Source: an uncultured delta proteobacterium (GTDB lineage: Bacteria; Myxococcota; Myxococcia; Myxococcales; Myxococcaceae). Taken from it: a stretch of DNA of 42,443 bases. A program made the position numbers and the translations under genes. The notes below the pieces were generated by a model. It saw only the letters and a program-made list of their open reading frames with translations. It was not told the origin of the DNA and did no database searches. This document shows positions 1 through 8,503 of the stretch, piece after piece. The stretch's first letter is position 1. The number at the start of each line of letters is the position of its first letter. The stretch covers positions 1 through 42,443 of the forward strand of contig CAVZMH010000005.1 of NCBI GenBank assembly GCA_963776345.1, in the 5' to 3' direction.

Positions 1-2320
1 GCGGGCTCAGGTCGTTGGGGCCCACCCGCTGGTAGTCCTGGACCACCTGGTCGGCCTTCCGCTGCAGCGTCTCCTTGAGCCCCTGGGCGGCCTGCTTCAT
101 CCGCTGGCGCATCTGGTCGCGGTAGCGGTCGCGCACGGCCTTGGTCTGCTCGGCCAGCTGCTTCTGCTCCTCGGTGGTGGACTTCAGCGCGTCGCTGAAC
201 TCGCGGTAGCGCTTCACCAGCTCGGGGTTGGCCCGTCCGCCCATGCTGCCCGCCGCCTCGTCCAGCCCCTTCTGCAGCTCGCTCATCTGCGCCTGGAGCT
301 GCTGCAGCTTCGCCAGCGCCTCCTCGGTCTTGCCCTCCTTGAGGAGCTTCTCGATGTCCTCCAGCCCGCCCTGCATGTCCTGCTGCTTGGCCAGCTCGCG
401 CATCGCCTCGACGTTGAAGTGCTCGTCGCGGATGCTCTTCTGCAGCTCGCCCATGCGCCGGGCCAGCTCCTCCATGCGCTTCCGGAGCGCGGAGACCTGC
501 CGGAGGATCTTCTCTTGGAGCCCGGGGTCGCGGGTGCTCTGGAACTGCTCGATGAGCTTGGCCAGCTCGCGCTGGTCCCGGGCGAGCTGCCCGGCGAGCT
601 CGCGCAGCTCCTCCAGACGCTGCTGGTCGAGCAGCGACTCGAGGTAGAGCGCGTCCTTCTCCAGGGCGGAGATCTCCTCCTGGACCACGCGGGTGAGCCG
701 GCCGTCCATGTCCAGCTCGGTGCGGCGCCCGAAGAGCCGGATCCAGAGCTTGCGCGAGTCGGAGGTCGCCCGGACGCGGGACGCCACGTCCTGGCCCACG
801 TGCTCCAGCGCGGCGACCAGGGCCTCGTTCCGGTCGCGCTCGCGGGCCAGGGCGCGCGCGGTGCTCACCAGGTCGCCCGCCAGCCCGAGCCCAGAGGTGT
901 CCACCGGCTCCTGGGCCCGCACCTTGTCCTCGGACTTCCGGACGTCTCGATCCGGCCCCTCCATCCGGGTGGCGAGGTGCCCCAGCAGCCGTTCCCACAG
1001 CTCGGCCGCCCGGCGGAGCGCCTCCCGCCGGTGCTCCGCGGCGCTGTACACCACCAGCGTCTGCTGGCGGCTGGTGCCCTTCTGCGGGCCGTCCACGGCG
1101 TCGTTGTCCAGCGCCTCGACCGCGTAGCCGACCCGGTCCCCGGCGGTGAGCTTCAGGGCCGAGAGCGGCCACCGGTACTGCCCGGAGCTCTTCCGGCCGT
1201 CGTCGTGGGCGAGCCTCTGGCGATGGGTCTGCCCGTCGGGGTCCGTCCAGACCAGCGCCACGTCGGAGAGGCCGTAGTCGTCGGAGGCCTCCCAGCGGAG
1301 CAGCACCTCCTGGTCCGGGTCCACCTCCAGCTCGGCCCCGGGGAGCAGGATGGAGGCCTGGGGCGGGCCATCCGGCTCGACGGTGAGCGGGAACTCCGGC
1401 CCGCGCGCCACCTCGCGCCCGGCCCGGCCGGTGAAGACGACCGCGTACGTCCCGGGGGTCTGCAGCACCAGGCTGCCGCTGAGGTCGCGCCCGTGCTCGA
1501 CGCGGAGGGGCACCACCGCGCCGCCGCTCAGCTGGAGGTGCGCGCCGACGACTTGCCGGTCCGCGCGCGTCCGCAGCTGGACCACCGTCCCCTTGGGGCC
1601 GGCGAGGTCGCCGGTGCTGGTCACCGTCCGGGGCGCCAGCCCGGTGTAGGCCGGGTACTGGTAGAGCAGCTCGAGCTCCGCGGTGATGGGCTCCCGCGCG
1701 CCTTGGGCTCCCGCCGCCGCCGCGGGCCGCAGCGCGACGAGCAGCGCCCGCATCCGGTCGGGCCAGAGGCCGCCCACCAGCCCCAGCGCCACCAGCGCCC
1801 CGAGCGCGATCGACCCCGCCCGGCGCACCGCCGCGCGATCCACCACGGCGTGGGCGTCCAGCGCCGCGGTCCGCGCGTCCACCGCCCGGAGGTGCGCGAA
1901 CGCCAGCTCGGTGGAGAACGTCGGGTCATGGCCCATCGCCTGGCGGAGCTCGAGCGCGGCGAGGAGGTCCAGCGAGACGCCCGGCACCCGCCCGGCCACC
2001 AGGCGCGCGGTGCGGAAGGGGGTCCCCGCCGCCCGCGTCCAGTGCCTCCACACCCGCTCGGCGACCAGGCCGGCCGCGGCGAGCACCGCCCCCGCGAGGA
2101 CCCAGCGAACCCCGCGGGGCCAGGCCTTGGCCAGCGCAGCGGCCAGCGCCAGCCCGAAGCCGAGGCAGGCCGATCCGAGCAGCGCCGACTCGAGGGCGAC
2201 GGCCCGGGCCTGCCTACGGCGCACCGAGCGGAGGAAGCGGTCGACGGTCGCGCCCGCCGCGGCGTCCGGCAGCGGGGTGGGGGTGGAGTCGGTCTCCGGG
2301 GCGGAGTGCAGCAGATTCAC
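1..2320 (-). CDS. DUF4175-like membrane-anchored coiled-coil protein (3' end runs off the window)
   Basis: Read manually on the minus strand; it is absent from the ORF track because no stop lies in the window. GTG at 2320 is in frame with the window edge. N-terminal hydrophobic helices, then 'LLYQYPAYTGLAPRTV' and 'DDYGLSDVALV', then a long Q/E/K/R-rich helical region. Family recalled from motifs, not searched. Confidence 0.75.
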   Translation of the reverse strand, partial: MNLLHSAPETDSTPTPLPDAAAGATVDRFLRSVRRRQARAVALESALLGSACLGFGLALAAALAKAWPRGVRWVLAGAVLAAAGLVAERVWRHWTRAAGTPFRTARLVAGRVPGVSLDLLAALELRQAMGHDPTFSTELAFAHLRAVDARTAALDAHAVVDRAAVRRAGSIALGALVALGLVGGLWPDRMRALLVALRPAAAAGAQGAREPITAELELLYQYPAYTGLAPRTVTSTGDLAGPKGTVVQLRTRADRQVVGAHLQLSGGAVVPLRVEHGRDLSGSLVLQTPGTYAVVFTGRAGREVARGPEFPLTVEPDGPPQASILLPGAELEVDPDQEVLLRWEASDDYGLSDVALVWTDPDGQTHRQRLAHDDGRKSSGQYRWPLSALKLTAGDRVGYAVEALDNDAVDGPQKGTSRQQTLVVYSAAEHRREALRRAAELWERLLGHLATRMEGPDRDVRKSEDKVRAQEPVDTSGLGLAGDLVSTARALARERDRNEALVAALEHVGQDVASRVRATSDSRKLWIRLFGRRTELDMDGRLTRVVQEEISALEKDALYLESLLDQQRLEELRELAGQLARDQRELAKLIEQFQSTRDPGLQEKILRQVSALRKRMEELARRMGELQKSIRDEHFNVEAMRELAKQQDMQGGLEDIEKLLKEGKTEEALAKLQQLQAQMSELQKGLDEAAGSMGGRANPELVKRYREFSDALKSTTEEQKQLAEQTKAVRDRYRDQMRQRMKQAAQGLKETLQRKADQVVQDYQRVGPNDLSP

Positions 2321-2503
2321 GGCAGAATTCGGAGGGCCTGGAGCGCGGGGCCGGGCGACAACCCCGGACCCGGCTCCGCCCTTCCTGGGCACTCCCGAGC
2401 ATGGCCTGTGGCGGGGTGTCCTGGGAAGTGCACCCCCGGGCCCGGTGGGCACCCCCCCGACGGAAGCGCCCCCCGGACCCCGGAAGGGGCGCCCTCCGAG
2501 GGC

Positions 2504-2902
2504 TCAGGGACGCGGTGCCGCCGGGCGCTGACGCGCGCTTGCCTTCCCGCCCGCGGGCCGCGGGCGCCCCGGTGCGGCCACGAAGCTCGTCGGTCCGGTG
2601 ACGGTCAGATGGGGCCGGAGCCGCTCGAACCGCTTCCGGCTCAGGCCCCGGACCCGCATCACGTCCTCGGGCCGGCTGAACGGCCGGGTGCTGCGCTCGG
2701 CCACCACCGCCGAGGCGAGCGTCGGGCTGATGCCCGGGAGCGCGTCGATCTGGTCCAGCGTGGCGGTGTTGAGGTTCAGCACCCCCGTCCCCACGGCCCG
2801 CTTGGCCTTCCCGGCGGTGGCCGAGCCTGGCGGGACCGGCTCCGCCTGCGCCCACGCGCCCGAGAGGACCACCGCCGCGAGCACGAGCCCGCGCGCGCTC
2901 AC
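2504..2902 (-). CDS. comEA: ComEA-family helix-hairpin-helix DNA-binding protein with signal peptide
   Basis: Signal peptide 'SARGLVLAAVVLSGAWAQA', then the HhH signature 'LNLNTATLDQIDALPGISPTLASAVVAERSTRPFSRPEDVMRVRGLSRKRFERLRPHLTV'. The GTG start overlaps the upstream TGA (GTGA). Confidence 0.88.
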   Translation of the reverse strand: MSARGLVLAAVVLSGAWAQAEPVPPGSATAGKAKRAVGTGVLNLNTATLDQIDALPGISPTLASAVVAERSTRPFSRPEDVMRVRGLSRKRFERLRPHLTVTGPTSFVAAPGRPRPAGGKASARQRPAAPRP

Positions 2903-3132
2903 TGGGCACCTCCCACGGCCGACAGCTTGGGCTCCGCCGCCGCCGCCTCCGGCGACTCGCGCCGCTCGCCGGCCTCGCGCACGTGCAGCTTGCCGTCCAG
3001 CGGCAGCACGTCCAGGAGCACGTTCAGCGAACCGTCGCGGTTCACGAACGCCGACCCTGCCCGGACCCAGACCGTTCCACCCTTGCCTTCGCGGATGGAG
3101 AACACCGCCAGCCGCTTTCCTGTCGTCAGCAC
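2899..3132 (-). CDS. Small beta-rich hypothetical protein (77 aa)
   Basis: GGAGG RBS 6 nt before GTG 3132; core 'KRLAVFSIREGKGGTVWVRAGSAFVNRDGSLNVLLDVLPLDGKLHVRE'; translationally coupled to comEA. Confidence 0.8.
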   Translation of the reverse strand: MLTTGKRLAVFSIREGKGGTVWVRAGSAFVNRDGSLNVLLDVLPLDGKLHVREAGERRESPEAAAAEPKLSAVGGAQ

Positions 3133-3212
3133 CTTCCACCTCCACGCCCTCGACCGGGCCGGCATGGCCCGGCGTCGGCCCGCCGATACGGACCGCACGA
3201 GCCTGGGTCCCG

Positions 3213-3229
3213 AGCAGCGGCCGTGCCAG
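3213..3229 (-). promoter_or_regulatory. Putative sigma54 (-24/-12) promoter for the small protein-comEA operon
   Basis: Minus strand CTGGCACGGCCGCTGCT has GG-N10-GC spacing and is close to the TGGCACG-N4-TTGC consensus; about 80 bp upstream of the start codon. Confidence 0.7.
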
Positions 3230-3291
3230 CGAGGTCCCGGGCGAGCGAGGCGCAGGACCGGTCCGCGCGACGGGACCGACGCTCCGGACTT

Positions 3292-3307
3292 CTGGACGGA
3301 TGTTCAG
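3292..3307. promoter_or_regulatory. Imperfect palindrome (LexA-box-like, or an enhancer-binding-protein site)
   Basis: CTGGAC-GGAT-GTTCAG; the minus strand reads CTGAACATCCGTCCAGA, matching 15 of 17 positions of the recalled Myxococcus LexA consensus CTRHAMRYBYGTTCAGS. Confidence 0.45.
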
Positions 3308-3381
3308 CCCGCCCCCTCGGACTGCGCGCGGGTCCACTCGGCGCGGCTAGGGTCGCGCCTCCCCTTCACCTCAGGACATCG

Positions 3382-3512
3382 ATGGGACGTCTGCTCGTCC
3401 CGGCACTGCTCGTCGGCTTCAGCGCGCTCGCGGCGGAGCCCTCGACCGGCGCCGACACTCCGCTGGCCAGCCGATGACCAAGCCTCCGGAGAAGGTCTGC
3501 AAGGTCTGGTGA
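3382..3512 (+). pseudogene. Internally deleted remnant of an M13 peptidase paralogue
   Basis: ATG 3382 encodes 'MGRLLVPALLVGFSALAAEPSTGADTPLAS', similar to the N-terminus of the next gene, joined out of frame to 'PMTKPPEKVCKVW*'. Bases 3471-3512 match 5609-5650 at 41 of 42 positions. Confidence 0.85.
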
Positions 3513-3595
3513 CCGGATGGGACCAAGGGCGCATGACGGACGGGGGAGGACGGCGGATACGGTCGGCCGTCGCGCCCACCCTCGAAGGACACGCC

Positions 3596-5650
3596 ATGCG
3601 TCCCCTTCTCCTCCTGCCCTTGCTGCTCGGGGTCACCGCGCTCGCCGCCGAGCCGGCGCCCGCCGACGGTCCGCTCCCGTCGCTCCCCTACACGCCAGGC
3701 CTCGACCCGGCGTCGATGGACCGGAGCGCCGACCCCTGCGTCGACTTCTACGCGTACTCCTGCGGCGGCTGGCAGGCGCGCAACGCCATCCCCCCGGACC
3801 AGGGCGCGTGGAGCGTGTACGCGAAGCTCGAGGCGGACATCGAGCGGCACCTGTGGGGCCTGCTCCAGGCCGCGGCCGACCCCTCGGCGTCGCGCAGCCC
3901 GGTGCAGACCCAGATCGGCGACTACTTCGCCGCCTGCATGGACGAGCCGCGGGTCGAGGCGCTGGGAGCCAGACCGCTCGAGCCGGCGCTCACCGCGCTC
4001 GCCGAGGTGAAGGACCGCCGCGGGCTCGCCGAGTGGATGGCCCGCCAGCACCTGGCCACGCGGACCTCGCGGCTGATGTTCGGCTTCGACGCCGAGCAGG
4101 ACTCCTCGGACGCCACCCAGTTCATCGCCGCGGTGTACGCAGGCGGCATCGGGCTCCCGGACCGGGACGACTACCTGGACCAGGAGGCGAAGTCGAAGGA
4201 GCAGCGGAGCAGGTACCAGGAGCACATCGTGCGGACGCTCCAGCTCCTCGGGGACGATGTGCCCACGGCGAAGGGCACCGCGGCGCTGGCGATGGACATC
4301 GAGACCAGGCTCGCCAGGGCCACGCTCACCCGGGTCGAGCAGCGGGACCCGTACAAGGTCTTCCACCGGGTCCCGGTGGAGAAGCTGATCGCGACGGCGC
4401 CCACCTTCGACTGGAAGACCTATCTCACGACGGTGGGCGTTCCCGGGACCAAGGTGCTCAACCTGAGCCAGCCGAAGTTCTTCCAGGCGCTGGACCGGGA
4501 GCTGAAGCGCCGCCCGCTGGCCGACTGGAAGCGGTACCTGCGCTGGCACCTGGCGAACGTGAGCGCGCGGTACCTCTCACGAGCGTTCGTGGAGGAGGAC
4601 TTCGCCTTCCATGGCAAGTACCTCTCGGGCACCGAGCAGATCGCCCCGCGGTGGAAGCGTTGCGTCCGCTGGGTGGACCGGGACCTGGGCGAGGCGCTGG
4701 GGCAGGTCTTCGTCCAGAAGAACTTCTCGGCCGAGCTCAAGGAGAGGACCCTGGCCATGGTGCTCGGCATCGAGCACGAGATGGAGGCCGACCTCCGGAC
4801 GCTGGAGTGGATGTCACAGCCCACCCGCGAGCGCGGCGTGGAGAAGCTCAAGGCGATGGCCAACAAGATCGGCTACCCCGACCGGTGGCGCGACTACGCG
4901 TCCATCCGGCTTCTGCGCGACGACTTCCACGGCAACGTGACGCGGGCGGTGCAGTTCGAGTCCATCCGGCAGCTGGGCCACATCGGCAAGCCGGTGGACC
5001 GCGGCGAGTGGGAGATGACGCCGCAGACGGTGAACGCCTACTACAGCCCGACGATGAACGACATGAACTTCCCGGCCGGCGTGCTGCAGCCGCCGCTCTA
5101 CGATCCGAAGATGGACGCGGCGCCGGGGTACGGGAACACCGGGGGCACCATCGCCCACGAGCTGACGCACGGCTTCGACGACGAGGGGCGGCAGTACGAC
5201 GCCAGGGGCAACCTGAAGGACTGGTGGACCAAGCAGGACGCGGCCGAGTTCGCCAGGCGCACCGCCTGCGTCTCCGACCAGTACTCGACCTACCTCGCGG
5301 TGGACGACATCCACGTCAACGGGAAGCTCACGCTCGGGGAGGATGTGGCGGACCTGGGCGGGCTCGTCCTGGCGTACCGCGCCTGGAAGACGGCCACCGC
5401 GAACCTGAAGCTCGCGCCCATCGACGGGCTCACCCCCGAGCAGCGCTTCTTCGTGGGTTACGCCCAATGGGCCTGCGCCAACGTGCGGCCGCAGATCGAA
5501 CGCCTCCGCGCGCGGACGGATCCCCACTCGCCGTCGAGATACCGGGTGAACGGGCTGGTGGTGAACATGCCCCAGTTCGGCCAGGCGTTCGCGTGCAAGC
5601 CGGGCGCTCCGATGACCAAGCCCCCGGAGAAGGTCTGCAAGGTCTGGTGA
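3596..5650 (+). CDS. M13 family zinc metallopeptidase (neprilysin/PepO-like), secreted
   Basis: Signal peptide, 'DPCVDFYAYSCGGW', 'VNAYY', zinc motif HELTH and 'GEDVAD'. The true start is ATG 3596, not 419. Confidence 0.96.
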   Translation: MRPLLLLPLLLGVTALAAEPAPADGPLPSLPYTPGLDPASMDRSADPCVDFYAYSCGGWQARNAIPPDQGAWSVYAKLEADIERHLWGLLQAAADPSASRSPVQTQIGDYFAACMDEPRVEALGARPLEPALTALAEVKDRRGLAEWMARQHLATRTSRLMFGFDAEQDSSDATQFIAAVYAGGIGLPDRDDYLDQEAKSKEQRSRYQEHIVRTLQLLGDDVPTAKGTAALAMDIETRLARATLTRVEQRDPYKVFHRVPVEKLIATAPTFDWKTYLTTVGVPGTKVLNLSQPKFFQALDRELKRRPLADWKRYLRWHLANVSARYLSRAFVEEDFAFHGKYLSGTEQIAPRWKRCVRWVDRDLGEALGQVFVQKNFSAELKERTLAMVLGIEHEMEADLRTLEWMSQPTRERGVEKLKAMANKIGYPDRWRDYASIRLLRDDFHGNVTRAVQFESIRQLGHIGKPVDRGEWEMTPQTVNAYYSPTMNDMNFPAGVLQPPLYDPKMDAAPGYGNTGGTIAHELTHGFDDEGRQYDARGNLKDWWTKQDAAEFARRTACVSDQYSTYLAVDDIHVNGKLTLGEDVADLGGLVLAYRAWKTATANLKLAPIDGLTPEQRFFVGYAQWACANVRPQIERLRARTDPHSPSRYRVNGLVVNMPQFGQAFACKPGAPMTKPPEKVCKVW

Positions 5651-5666
5651 GCGGCGCCGCCGCTCG

Positions 5667-6185
5667 CTAGGCGCGAATGAAGTAGCGCTCGATGTACTCG
5701 CTCTCGAACGGCACGCCGTCGAGCATCGCGGGGGTGAAGCGGTTGCGAAGTAGCGCGTCGATGTAGGCGCTGTTGTGCCCGCCGTCCATCAGCCCGCGGC
5801 ACTTGATGGCCTCGCCGGTGACGGTGACGGTGCAGGCCACCTCACCGTAGGCGTCCACGGAATGCGGCAGGCCGGTGCCGATGTCGGGGAGGGGGTTCAG
5901 CCGCTTCGGGGGGGTGAAGCGGGTGTCGAGCGTGCTGCAGGCGCGCGCGTCCGCTTGCTCGCAGGCGGCGCCCAGGAGCCGGGCGGCCCGGTCCGGCTGC
6001 TTCTCGGCGGCCGCGGGGTCGATGAGCTTCAGCGCATCGTCCGTGCAGCGGCTGGCCCGGTCGCCGGTGCAGAGCTGCTTGGTGTCGGTGTCCGGCGGGG
6101 GGTACCAATGCTTCAGCGCGACCTTGTTGAAGCTCTGGATGCAGCCGAGGGTGGTGACGAGCAGCACCGCGAGGAGAACGCGCAT
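5667..6185 (-). CDS. Lipoprotein with Cys-containing helical repeat and TonB C-terminal-like domain
   Basis: Lipobox 'LLVTTLGC'; Sel1-like 'DRAARLLGAACEQADARAC'; C-terminus 'EVACTVTVTGEAIKC...DALLRNRFTPAMLDGVPFESEY' resembles TonB_C. Confidence 0.65.
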   Translation of the reverse strand: MRVLLAVLLVTTLGCIQSFNKVALKHWYPPPDTDTKQLCTGDRASRCTDDALKLIDPAAAEKQPDRAARLLGAACEQADARACSTLDTRFTPPKRLNPLPDIGTGLPHSVDAYGEVACTVTVTGEAIKCRGLMDGGHNSAYIDALLRNRFTPAMLDGVPFESEYIERYFIRA

Positions 6186-6291
6186 GTCCAGCGAGCGTGG
6201 GCCAGCGCGTCGGAGCGCGTCAATGGCAAAGCCTTCACCGCGAGTCGCAGACCCCTTGCAGCGCGGCCGGCCGCTGTGCCACACAGCCTCT

Positions 6292-6525
6292 CGCCCCCGG
6301 GTGCCCATGTCGGGCCCAACAGGGAAGCCGGTGAGAGTCCGGCGCGGTCCCGCCACTGTGAACGGAGCGGCCCGAGGAACCGGGCCGGTTCGACATCCTC
6401 CGTCGGTCGCCACTGCGGACAGCCGTTCCGCGGGAAGGTGGGAGGACGAGCCCCGGACGTGAAGGCGCCATCGGGGCGCCGCCTGCGTCCGAACCCGTGA
6501 GCCAGGAGACCTGCCCGAGGGTGCG
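6292..6525 (+). ncRNA. Cobalamin (B12) riboswitch
   Basis: Conserved blocks AACAGGGAAGCCGGTGAGAGTCCGGCGCGGTCCCGCCACTGTGA, GCCACTG...GGGAAGGT and the B12 box GAGCCAGGAGACCTGCC; directly upstream of a TonB-dependent receptor. Confidence 0.96.
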
Positions 6526-6552
6526 GCGCCGGTGACCCCGGCGACGCCGGAG

Positions 6553-6584
6553 GCCTTCTCTCTTCGGAGAAGAGAGTCGAAGGC
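6553..6584 (+). promoter_or_regulatory. RBS-sequestering hairpin (riboswitch expression platform)
   Basis: Inner stem CTCTCTTC-GGA-GAAGAGAG with outer GCCTTC/GAAGGC pairing, ending 5 nt before ATG 6590; no U-tract. Confidence 0.6.
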
Positions 6585-6589
6585 GGACG

Positions 6590-8503
6590 ATGGGCGGATG
6601 GCGGTGGGTCCGGGCCTGTCTGGGGCCGGCGTTGAGCGTGGCGTCGATCGCCTGGGGCCAGTCCCCGGCGGTGGAGCTGCCGCCCGTGGACGTGCCCGTC
6701 CCGGCCGCGCCTCCCCCGCCCGAGTCGCCCCTGGTGCGTGACCCCACCGGCCTCACCACGGTGGTCGACGTCGAGTCCCGCCGCGCCGAGGGGTCCACGG
6801 TGGGCGCGTTGGTGGGCGAGGCGCCGGGAGTCGTGCTCCAGCAGGCCGGCGGGCTCGGCCAGGCCGAGCAGCTCACGCTCCGCGGCGCCTCGAGCACCGG
6901 GGTCCTGGTGCTGCTCGACGGCGTCCCTCTCAACGGGCTGGGCGGCATCGCCGACCTGAGCCTGGTCCCGCTCCCGGCCGTGCAGCGGGCCGAGGTGCTC
7001 CGCGGCGGCGCCGGCGCACGCTACGGCGCGGGCGCGCTCGGCGGGGTGGTGAACCTCGTCACCCGGAGCAGCGCCGAGCCCGTCGTCTCGGCCGACCTCG
7101 CCCACGGGAGCTTCGGCACCACCCAGGGCAGCGCCAGCGTCTCCGGCCCCGTGCTCGGCGGCTCGGGGCTGCTCGAGCTGCACGCCGGCCACACCGACGG
7201 CGACTTCACCTACACCTACGACCCGCTCGCCGGGACGCCCGCCAGCAAGCCCCAGACGCTGGTCCGAGAGAACAACCAGGCCACCTGGGTGGGCGGACTC
7301 GCCAAGGGAGGCGGACGGGTGGGCCCGTGGCAACTCGACGGGCTCGTCCAGGTCAGCGCGCTCTCCCGAGGGCTCGCCGGCACGGTGGACGCGCCCTCGC
7401 CGGACGCGCACCAGGATTTCCTCGGGCTCCAAACCGGACTCCGGCTCTCACGCTCGTTCGCCTCCGGGGCCGACACCTCCTTCCGGCTCGACGCTCGCCG
7501 GGAGGCCAGCACCTTCCGCGGCGGCTTTCTCTCGGAGGACACGCGCTGGTGGGAGGCCTCGCTCGCCTGGGACGGGACGCTGCCGCTCGGCCATCACTGG
7601 CTGTCGGCGTCCGCCTCGGTGGGCCTCTCCTTCGCCGACGCCGGCTCGGCCTCGCCGCGCTGGGCGGTGACCTCGCTCTCGCTCCAGGACGAGTGGCGGC
7701 TCGCCCAGGACCGGCTCTCCGTCGTTCCGTCGCTCCGGCTCGACCAGGCGGGGACCTTCGTCGGGGTCTCGCCCAAGCTCGGGGTCTCCTGGGCGCTGCC
7801 GGCCGGCGTCACGCTGCAGGCCAACGTGGGGCAGTCGTTCCGGGTCCCCTCGTTCCTCGAGCTGTTCATCCCCACCGGGACGCAGCTCGCCAACCCGGAC
7901 CTCCAGCCCGAGCGCGGCGTCTTCGTGGACGCAGGGGCGGGAGTGGCCGGCACACCGGGGTCGCTCCGGGTCGCCGGCTTCGCCGCGCAGTACCAGAACC
8001 TCATCATCTACGACTACCAGCCGCCGGTCCCCACCCGGCCGCGCAACGCCCCGGCGGTCCGGGCCGCCGGGCTCGAGGCGGAGGGACGGCTCGCCCCCGC
8101 CCGCTGGATGGAGCTGAGCGGGAGCTACGGTCTGCTCTTCACCGAGAACATCCGCGACATCCAGGCCTACTACCTCAAGGAGGTCCCCTTCCGGCCGCGC
8201 CACCGGGGGACCCTGCGCCTCGCGGTGGGGCCCGAGCGCATCCGGGTGCACGGCACCCTCCGCGGCCAGTCGGAGATGTTCCTCAACCGCTCCAACACCC
8301 AGGCCATCGCCGGCCGGGTGCTGGTGGACGCGGGGGTCGACGTCCTCGCCGTCCGTCGGCCCGAGGTGCTGCTCTCCTTCAACGCCACCAACCTGGGCGA
8401 CGTCCAGACGCGCGACTTCGACGCCTATCCGCTGCCCGGCCGCGCCCTCTTCGCCACCTTGACCGTCCGCCTCGACCTGGGGCGCCAGAAGGAGTCTCCA
8501 TGA
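6590..8503 (+). CDS. btuB: TonB-dependent outer-membrane receptor, BtuB-like
   Basis: Signal peptide; plug motifs 'LRGASSTGVLVLLDGVPLN' and 'EVLRGG...YGAGALGGVVNLVT'; barrel motifs 'NPDLQPE' and 'YPLPGR'; follows a B12 riboswitch. Confidence 0.92.
   Translation: MGGWRWVRACLGPALSVASIAWGQSPAVELPPVDVPVPAAPPPPESPLVRDPTGLTTVVDVESRRAEGSTVGALVGEAPGVVLQQAGGLGQAEQLTLRGASSTGVLVLLDGVPLNGLGGIADLSLVPLPAVQRAEVLRGGAGARYGAGALGGVVNLVTRSSAEPVVSADLAHGSFGTTQGSASVSGPVLGGSGLLELHAGHTDGDFTYTYDPLAGTPASKPQTLVRENNQATWVGGLAKGGGRVGPWQLDGLVQVSALSRGLAGTVDAPSPDAHQDFLGLQTGLRLSRSFASGADTSFRLDARREASTFRGGFLSEDTRWWEASLAWDGTLPLGHHWLSASASVGLSFADAGSASPRWAVTSLSLQDEWRLAQDRLSVVPSLRLDQAGTFVGVSPKLGVSWALPAGVTLQANVGQSFRVPSFLELFIPTGTQLANPDLQPERGVFVDAGAGVAGTPGSLRVAGFAAQYQNLIIYDYQPPVPTRPRNAPAVRAAGLEAEGRLAPARWMELSGSYGLLFTENIRDIQAYYLKEVPFRPRHRGTLRLAVGPERIRVHGTLRGQSEMFLNRSNTQAIAGRVLVDAGVDVLAVRRPEVLLSFNATNLGDVQTRDFDAYPLPGRALFATLTVRLDLGRQKESP

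Noticed and set aside
419..5650. 1743-aa ORF as a giant fusion protein
   Set aside because: The first 1059 codons are the stop-free antisense shadow of the minus-strand genes plus intergenic DNA; the real M13 gene starts at ATG 3596 with its own signal peptide.
3471..5650. 42-bp direct repeats flanking the M13 gene as att sites or mobile-element ends
   Set aside because: The repeat is exactly the peptidase 3' coding end, and no recombinase or transposase is present; a paralogue remnant explains it.
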